Positions 52,713-60,451 of a stretch of 64,000 bases of DNA are shown here, piece after piece (position 1 is the stretch's first letter; every line of letters starts with the position of its first letter). This DNA is from Perkinsus chesapeaki ATCC PRA-425 (Eukaryota; Protista; Perkinsozoa). The notes below the pieces were generated by a model, which worked only from the letters and a program-made list of their open reading frames with translations, had not been told where the DNA came from and made no database searches. Both the position numbers and the translations under genes were made by a program. The stretch lies in NCBI GenBank assembly GCA_013115145.1, contig JAAPAO010000119.1, positions 1 to 64,000 of the forward strand, given 5' to 3'.

Positions 52713-53291
52713 TTATAACGCGAGACACGAAACTGTGCGACAAATAACTACTACAAATATTAACGTAATCGAACTAGTGCTGTAGGCACTCCCTCTATGC
52801 GGTGGAGGCGGACCGGGAGGACTTGGTGCCGGGGGGCGACTGGAAGTAGGGGGCACAGTGGGATAGACGCACTCTACCGAGACCCATCCGGGAGGCTGCT
52901 GCCCAGGTGAGTACAATTTCGGATCAAACTGTGTCAACAGGCTACAATTACAAGTCAGATTAGACAACGGGTAGCATACTCTACCAGCCGGGTACTGCCA
53001 ATCCTTGCAGAAAGCACCTTGAGTAGATGTATTCAAATCTTTAGCTTGATCAACACAATAGTTATTCCAACATGGTACCAAATCGTCGGGGGAGGGAAAA
53101 ATACACTGCGGCTTTTTAGACGTTCCTATCCATCGTGAGTCAACACAGAAAGTGCCAGGACAGTAGTTCCGAGGGGCACCAGTAGTAGTGGTCGGCGGAA
53201 CAGTACTGGTACTAGTGGGCGTCGTAGTGTTGTTCTGAGCCCTGCTGACCCCAAGCACTAGGAGACCAAGCCACAAGCGAACAACTAGCAT
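52713..53291 (-). CDS. Secreted/GPI-type 10-Cys surface protein, type X copy 2
   Basis: MLVVRLWLGLLVLGVSRAQ, Thr stalk, NYCPGTFCVDSRW...CKDWQYPAGRVC...CNC...ECVYP, Pro stalk, hydrophobic tail. Confidence 0.85.
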   Translation of the reverse strand: MLVVRLWLGLLVLGVSRAQNNTTTPTSTSTVPPTTTTGAPRNYCPGTFCVDSRWIGTSKKPQCIFPSPDDLVPCWNNYCVDQAKDLNTSTQGAFCKDWQYPAGRVCYPLSNLTCNCSLLTQFDPKLYSPGQQPPGWVSVECVYPTVPPTSSRPPAPSPPGPPPPHRGSAYSTSSITLIFVVVICRTVSCLAL

Positions 53292-53467
53292 AAAAATAAT
53301 AACTCTCAAAAAAATTACCGGTAGTGACTTCAACAAATTGATGAAACACAAAACGCATATCAGTGAGACGTAGCCGATACGCCAATAAGACGATTTACAC
53401 TTCTACCAGCAAAAAGGAAAAGGTGATCAAAGTGATGAAGTTCACTAAGACCAATAATATGCCGTTT

Positions 53468-54166
53468 TCAGCATAAGAATAACCCAATAGCCATGGATAA
53501 AACCAAGTACACAACTTCAGGGACTTTAGCATATGGGGCATCAGAGGCAGGTCCGAGCGTAGTGCCGCTACCACCAGTCGTCGTGGGTCCCGTTGGCCCA
53601 CTAGTAGTAGGCGACTCAGTGGTGGTGGGTTCCGGTGGTGGAGGGTAGCTGCAGGGGTCAGCCACAGACCAACCATCTCTAGGAGACAAAGAGAACGGTG
53701 TCGAGTTGAAACTATCACAATGACAACTCAGCTTGATGTCGTGAAAGCATATGCGACCTTTAGGATCCTGCCAATCTTTGCAATAGGTTCCCTGTCCACG
53801 GCCCTGAGCGTTGGTGGGGTGAATACCGCGGCGATTGGCGTCAGCAGTACAAAAGTCATTCCAACATTTACGTAGATCTTTCGGTGATGGTGTGATGCAA
53901 GGGCCACCCTTGAACCATTGGTCATCTAGACACCAACCGATCGGGCAGTACTTGGTAACCGCCGAAGCCGATGTCGTGGTGCTAGTAGTACTAGTGGTGG
54001 TGGTAGTGGTTGGGGTGGTAGCACTGGTAGTTACTGTACTGGTAGGCTCAGTAGTACTGTTCTGAGGAACAGTGGTCGAATTACGCGGCGGAGGGGACGT
54101 CTCAGTGGTGGTCTCCTGTGCAAGGACAAGAGACACGACGAATGCAGCAAAGCAACGTGACAGCAT
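53468..54166 (-). CDS. Secreted/GPI-type 10-Cys surface protein, type Y copy 1
   Basis: 232-aa ORF with signal peptide, long Thr stalk, the same 10-Cys domain and a hydrophobic tail. Confidence 0.88.
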   Translation of the reverse strand: MLSRCFAAFVVSLVLAQETTTETSPPPRNSTTVPQNSTTEPTSTVTTSATTPTTTTTTSTTSTTTSASAVTKYCPIGWCLDDQWFKGGPCITPSPKDLRKCWNDFCTADANRRGIHPTNAQGRGQGTYCKDWQDPKGRICFHDIKLSCHCDSFNSTPFSLSPRDGWSVADPCSYPPPPEPTTTESPTTSGPTGPTTTGGSGTTLGPASDAPYAKVPEVVYLVLSMAIGLFLC

Positions 54167-54256
54167 TGAGTGACCGAATCAACTACAAGAAAAATGGACA
54201 ATGTTCAAAACACAACAAAGATCAAACTTTAATCGCAAGAAACCTGCACGGAGGCT

Positions 54257-54865
54257 CTAGAGAAATGGTAACCAGGCCAATACGGCCAAGACATGCGGAA
54301 TCAGTGCGCAATAGCCGAGAAGACTCTGAGCGTCACTTGAGGGAGTCGTAGGACCGGCGGAAGTCGGCCCTGGACCGGGAGGACGGGTAGGTGTAGTGGT
54401 CGAGGGAGCTGCCGTGGTGGTAGGGGGTAGAGTGGGATAGACACAGTCAACCGATACCCAACCAGAAGGCTGCTGCCCAGGTGAAAACACCTTCGGATCA
54501 AAGTGCCTCAACGAGCTACAATTACAAGTCAGATTAGACAACGGGTAGCATACTCTACCAGCCGGGTCCTGCCAATCCTTGCAGAAAGCACCTTGAGTAG
54601 ATGTATTCAAATCTTTAGCTTGATCAACACAATAGTTATTCCAACATGGTACCAAATCGTCAGGGGAGGGAAAAATACACTGCGGCTTTTTAGACGTTCC
54701 TATCCAGCGTGAGTCAACACAGAAAGTGTCAGGACAGTAGTTCCGAGGGGCACCAGTTGTAGTGGTCGACGAAATAGTTGTAGACGTGTTAGTAGGACCA
54801 GCTGTAGTAGTCACATTCTGACTTGATCCACCGTGGAGGAATACCAACGCAAGAAGAGCGCGCAT
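54257..54865 (-). CDS. Secreted/GPI-type 10-Cys surface protein, type X copy 1
   Basis: MRALLALVFLHGGSSQ; domain nearly identical to 52713-53291; C-terminus SSDAQSLLGYCALIPHVLAVLAWLPFL. Confidence 0.88.
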   Translation of the reverse strand: MRALLALVFLHGGSSQNVTTTAGPTNTSTTISSTTTTGAPRNYCPDTFCVDSRWIGTSKKPQCIFPSPDDLVPCWNNYCVDQAKDLNTSTQGAFCKDWQDPAGRVCYPLSNLTCNCSSLRHFDPKVFSPGQQPSGWVSVDCVYPTLPPTTTAAPSTTTPTRPPGPGPTSAGPTTPSSDAQSLLGYCALIPHVLAVLAWLPFL

Positions 54866-55674
54866 TTTCACTGAACGGAGACATGACCGAGTTGAAACTG
54901 TTGGATATCGATTAGAATGGCGCGCGAGATTTTCATCGCGTGCGTGCAAGATCTCCATGGGCCCTATGCTCGCGGGACTCCTACTGGTGGTGTTATAATA
55001 TGACATGCGCTTTGTCTGAATGCAGAGGGAACTGCGATCGTTTTCTTAGACTTGGTAGCCATCCGCCAGCAATTTGCCGCAGTGTGACTCGGCGGCAGTT
55101 TCAGTCGGTCACCGAATACTCTTCGGCAGCTTCTCGATAGGTCGGACGCCTGCGCGAGGCCCTGGACGCTCGAGACTCAAGCCAAATATCTTTGCGGGCT
55201 GGAGTCGAAATATCGTCTGAAACCGAGTCTTTCACTAGCCAACTGAATGATGACACGGTGCTGTTGTACCGTAATTGGCTGCAATTGTGTAATCTGTCCC
55301 CTCTTAGTAGAACCAAAGTGACGAGAAAGTTGTAGAAACTGTTAAACTTGCATGAAAAATATAGATCAACTCTCTCGCCACGGCAGCCATGATAGCCAAG
55401 GGGCTCCTCCAACCCTCTTCACTTTATCATTGCACTCGGATGACGCGAAATGGAAAACCGGCACCACTTGTTGAGGCTTGCACGCAGTACGACCTGACAT
55501 ACAAACAAATGCTCAGGGACACTTCCCAACGACAAGAGGACCTCAAAGTTCTACCGGCCATTCGTGCGGTGATGACTAGATAAGCGAATTTAAGGAAGAT
55601 TAACAGATGCCCCAGCATTAGGGAACATGCTACGGCACAATTCCGTCTCGAAATATGTCCTCTATACTCAACAG

Positions 55675-55793
55675 CACGGGTGGCCTGAGACGGGGCTGAG
55701 ATGGGATTTAATTTTAAGCACCTAAAGCATTGAAGAGTTCAAATCCGTCGTAAAAGACTTAGTGCATCTCAGCCCCGTCTCTGGCCACCTGTG
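55675..55793. mobile_element. 119-bp MITE with 29-bp TIRs and 4-bp TSD (ACAG), CAC...GTG ends
   Basis: Left end cacgggtggcctgagacggggctgagatg versus reverse complement of right end cacaggtggccagagacggggctgagatg (27/29). acag lies at 55671-55674 and at 55794-55797. Confidence 0.88.
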
Positions 55794-55802
55794 ACAGATG
55801 TT

Positions 55803-57870
55803 TCATAGTTGTGACTTACACAGAGGGCATCCGCCTCGAGACCCTCCCATCGCCGGCGAGTTTTCCTCCAACCATTCGAGAACACATCGCCAGCAAAACA
55901 GATGCCCACACACCAGTGCAGCAGGCGACTTCATCTGTGAATAGCAAATCTGAAGGAAATGAACAGTGATAGGATCTGACGAGAAGGTCTCAGAGGCCAT
56001 GATGTGTTAGGCAATCGAGGGCACTGACCAAAATGGTGGCCTCGGATCGTCGTGAGGAAGCGGCTTCTAATAGCTCAGATACGAGTCACCCCAAAATCGG
56101 ACTCATCTTCATACGTACATTTTGTTACAGAAAAGTGGTAAACAGTGATAGGGTTTGACACCGAAGTCTCTCGGGAAAAGCTTTTAAATCTCGCACAGAT
56201 TTCTCATCTCACTTCATCATATTTTTAATAGTACGCCCCGTAGACTCACCAGACATGTCAGCTGCTGATACCCCAGATTCATCTCAATCGTATCAACTGC
56301 ACCGCCTTGCTCCGTGCCGTTTGACCAAGAATATCTTCGCGCTGAAAAATCGAAGCGTCGAGACGCACCGAAAAATTCAGCTCACTTTTTTCAGAAATCT
56401 TCCCACTTTTCCGACGCCATCTCTCGTAGCTCTCCAACAGTAACGTACCTGATGGTGACACAAACCTCAAAGCGTTTCGTCATTCCTGGCAACCAGTCTC
56501 AACCAGGTCCTCAAAATTGCTAACCAAATTTCGGCCTGCAGACAGAAACATTTGCACAATTTTTACGGTCATTTCTCAAATTGAGCAATAACCGTGAAAA
56601 TTCTGTCGTAAAATTTCTCAAACTGAAAATCTAAAGCCTTGAACTACAGATTAGTAATTATTGACGTATCAACTTTTACACCTCCCCATTGCACAGAAGG
56701 CAAAGCTGAGTCCCCGGCGCTTACTTAGCGTCATAAACGATAGGACTGGATACAGAAGGCCTCCCTCATCTCTGGCATCGGCTGCTAGACTAACTCGGGA
56801 GATTCCAACCACCTAAGTGAAAGCAGACGCATATGACCGTTACCTTATAGTAGTAATATTTCTGCGCTGTAGGCACAGGTTCAAATCCCAAGGGTGGTAT
56901 TAATCTTCAATTTTAGTGATCTCAATCAACGTGTTTCGCTAAGAAAATAGTCGGCGACATTGAAGCCGCTGGAGAAGAAATTTCCGGAAATTTCCAGAAA
57001 TTTTCGAAATTTTTCGAAATTTTCGCGACTGCCCACCTCATCTGTGAGATATCGATTCCGAAGACCCGCATAAAAGCCAGCCAACTGCAACTTGTAAATT
57101 AAAGGAGCCAATGATGCTACAAAACCTGACAAAGAGAAGAATGCGAAAGCTTCACGCGCCACGAAATTCGTACCAGTCAGCTCCCCGACTTTAGTTGATC
57201 TCACTCTGGAATATGCCCCAGAGAACAGGAAGTCAAAGAACGACTGAGCGTTTTTGGGGCGCGCAAGAAAAAATGGTAATAAAATCTAAGACGAAACTCG
57301 CCATGAAGCGATGCGCGAGCTGCCTTACTCTCAGTATCAACTCCTGAATCCTTTCCTTCGGGCCCAGGGGAGATAATCGATCACGCGATCGATTTAGTGT
57401 CAACGTCTCCGTGAATCTGACACAAGCAAATAAGGATTGTAAATTTCACCCGAAAACGCCAGTGAAGGCGCGAGAAGTCGAGATGGCTGTTGAGGATGGG
57501 GCAATGTGGGGTGGTTTGGTTTCCAAATAATTTATAGTAGCAAACATCACACGGCAGTTATCCGAATTCAAAAGATTTTCCGATGAAACTCTCAAGTAGC
57601 CACCAAAAAAATCGACAAGAAATGTTTTCCCAATGCCGACGTATAACGGGAATCTCCGAAGGAACATCATTACGCTCCTCTACCGCTCACACTTCACAAC
57701 AAATGCACTCGTATGCGGATCGTCGGCGACCCAAGCTCATGAGTCTAGCTCACAGGATGAGCTAACTCAACTGGGGTGACTCGGGAATCACGATCCGCAT
57801 ACGAGCCATGATCGAACTTACTCTTCCCCCAATGTGTATCCATGCCTCACTATCGCCGAGAGACGGACGA
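55803..57870 (-). CDS. PEX10: Peroxisomal RING peroxin PEX10-like, multi-exon; both ends approximate
   Basis: GYTLGEE exon (~57820-57845, PEX10 TLGEEY motif) and C-terminal RING ICYSQMKSPAALVCGHLFCWRCVLEW...CPLC. Confidence 0.75.
56873..56899 (+). other. T-arm/3'-end tRNA-like fragment antisense within predicted 66-nt PEX10 intron 56867-56932
   Basis: GCACAGG TTCAAAT CCCAA GGGTGGT A TT; related to the 9745/38194 motif and directly next to the predicted acceptor. Confidence 0.55.
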
Positions 57871-60451
57871 TAATCGAACAAACCAACCAAATAACTGCTG
57901 GAGAGTATTCTCTGTATTGAACCTGGAAATAATTCTGTGGCGCGCAGGAAAATATGATCTCACTAGAAATACTCTGCTAGAGCAAACAGAAACCTTGAAC
58001 CTTCTGTTTCCCGCGCTCTCAATGACGAGGGAGAGATACGATGAAAATATGTCTTCTGATCAGAATGCGTTCCGTCTGTGCCGAGCATCACCGTTGGGCA
58101 AGTTGATTAAATTGGATATTTCGCGTTGAAGTGATCAAGATAAGCTAAAATGTTTATCTACCCTATACAACTAACCTGTCTCCTAGATCCCACTCGGACA
58201 ATAACTCTCCTTTTCGGCATACTTCTCTGCACCAACGATACCAATCGACCAGAAGCGACTTGCTCATTCTGAAAAAAGATGTTCTACCAGATACTGTCAG
58301 CATTTCCCAGACAAACACTTGTAGAACCAGAAGCAATGAAGTATAATATCCGGTATCTTATCTCTCAATCAGTGCTGAGTATTGTAGTAAAAATATTATA
58401 AAGTTAAAGTATAAAGTTACTATAGTTACTTTTACTATAGTTAAAGTATATAGTATAAAGTTTTGTATATTGTTAGCTACACAAAGAGTGTTAACTCTGG
58501 AGACTAACGGAACGCCTAAACAATACTCGACAATGTCAAGGAGATTGCGCGATTGATTTCCAATCAACCTCCAAGTGATATGTTCAACATCGATGTAATA
58601 CTATTATATGATCCTGACCTATCGCCCACGACTGCCACCTAGATATCCGACTCAGCTGGTGCCCGGTAACCCTTCATCAGATTTCGAATGAGACTTCCTG
58701 CCCAACCTTCAAGTGTTCAATAGTGAAATTTCGAGCATACTTTAGTCGATAGTAACCCTTTAACAGCAGTGACAGTCTACCACTACTGGAATCACTTATT
58801 CATGATGAAGATAACTCTCTTCATCTCCCTGTACAAGTAGAACCCATCTACCTCCGAAAAATGATATTCCCGAACCAGCGAAAGTCCGTCAGATACTTAG
58901 GCGAAATTATTATAAGCAATCGAATCCCAGTCGATCGTCAACACCAAGTTCCGAATTGGGTGCATGAACCGCGAGCCATACATCCCGCGCTCAAGGTTAC
59001 CGATTTGGCGAGTAAAGAAGTCGCTTTAGTGGATAGGACATCAATTTCATGAAGAGGGATTACTACTAGGCCGCGCTCTTGACGCACAAGTGTTTGGAGA
59101 GTTATTTGATTCCGCTCATCGTAATTCAGCCATCAGCTGCACGGTAGAGTCTGTACTTATATGCGCTGTGGTATAGTGCGCAGTTTGGATAGCATTTCAG
59201 CCATTTGCCTGTAACCACCGCGAGAGCGATTACTAATCCTAGAGAAGAACTGGTCCGAGGAGACGCCCAGCTCGTGTCACACTTCAAACTGCATAAATCA
59301 CACACACTGCGCAGCATGACCGTAGGAAGTTGCGTTCTTCCAGAATTCAGGAGCTAGTGAGATGGACTCTAAGACCAATGAGATCTAATTGCAATTTAAT
59401 ACAAAGAATTATATTAATTATAAATCTTCCCCCCAATGATCTTCCTGTTAATGGTTCAATGGCGAGAAAGATTCCTTAAAGGTGAACAACAGAATTCACT
59501 TCGGAAAATTTCCCGTGTCAAATAATCAATTTCCCAATCGCACCTTCATATCCTCCAACAGAACCAATGACCGAGTCTGCTTTGGCAAATCGATGCTCAT
59601 TAGAAACAGGCGGGAGATACGAAAAATAAATAACTGTTGCAAAATATTCTCTTTTAGTAGACTATTTCTGTCTGAAAAGTCTAGCAAGCAAAGCGCGACA
59701 AACGTGCAGGAGGAAGCCAGATTGTGTGCGCGAATTTGTTATTGTGGTTATATAACTCAACACTGGCCCTGATGAAGTATTAATATAAACAGTAATAGTG
59801 ATTGAGCTAGAGAGGAGACAGCGCGCACAACATTATTTGTGTGCATATTTCATCACAGTTCTGCAACTTTCCGAATTTCATTTATCTTTCGCCGTAGATC
59901 GGCTTGAGATGTAGTATACGTATTTTCACTAGGGTGACTCTATGAGATATCGATCAACCGTTTCATTATTATATTTGGCACACTGCCATTTCAGCATGCG
60001 ATTTGGTTATGCAGCTGTCACAGTGGACGAACATCAAAACACTAAGTCCCGAAGGAACGCCTTTTACGCTGCTCTGTGATCTACGAACATATTTTCGATA
60101 AAAATTTTTGTTGTATCTCCTCCGCATTCGGAACACTTTTGTGTGGCTAGATGACTCATTCCGTCTCTGCTGGGAGAGCTCCTGGGTTTGACAGTAGCTC
60201 TTTTGAACACCCGGATTGTTCAAGCGTTGGTCTCGCACACCGGGAAGAATCTTTTTACTAGTCATGGTAAGATACCGACTAACTCAACTCGACTGCGCAT
60301 TAGAAATATTTTGATCACATTTCAGAATCGCGCTGACAATTACGTGAAAATAAAAATACACTTTCTGGTAGAGTTGATAAATAGCGTAAATCGATCAATA
60401 AGCTAGAACGTATCTAAAATCTTCCGAGTGCGCTCCTCACCGGAAAGATAC

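Noticed and set aside
55055-55063. GTAGCCATC, a partial match to the dinoflagellate/perkinsid spliced leader
   Set aside because: Only 9 nt, and on the opposite strand to the neighbouring gene; chance match.
58200-60300. Exon-like minus-strand segments between PEX10 and the transporter
   Set aside because: I could not assemble a consistent frame or assign a product. It may be the PEX10 5' end or another gene.
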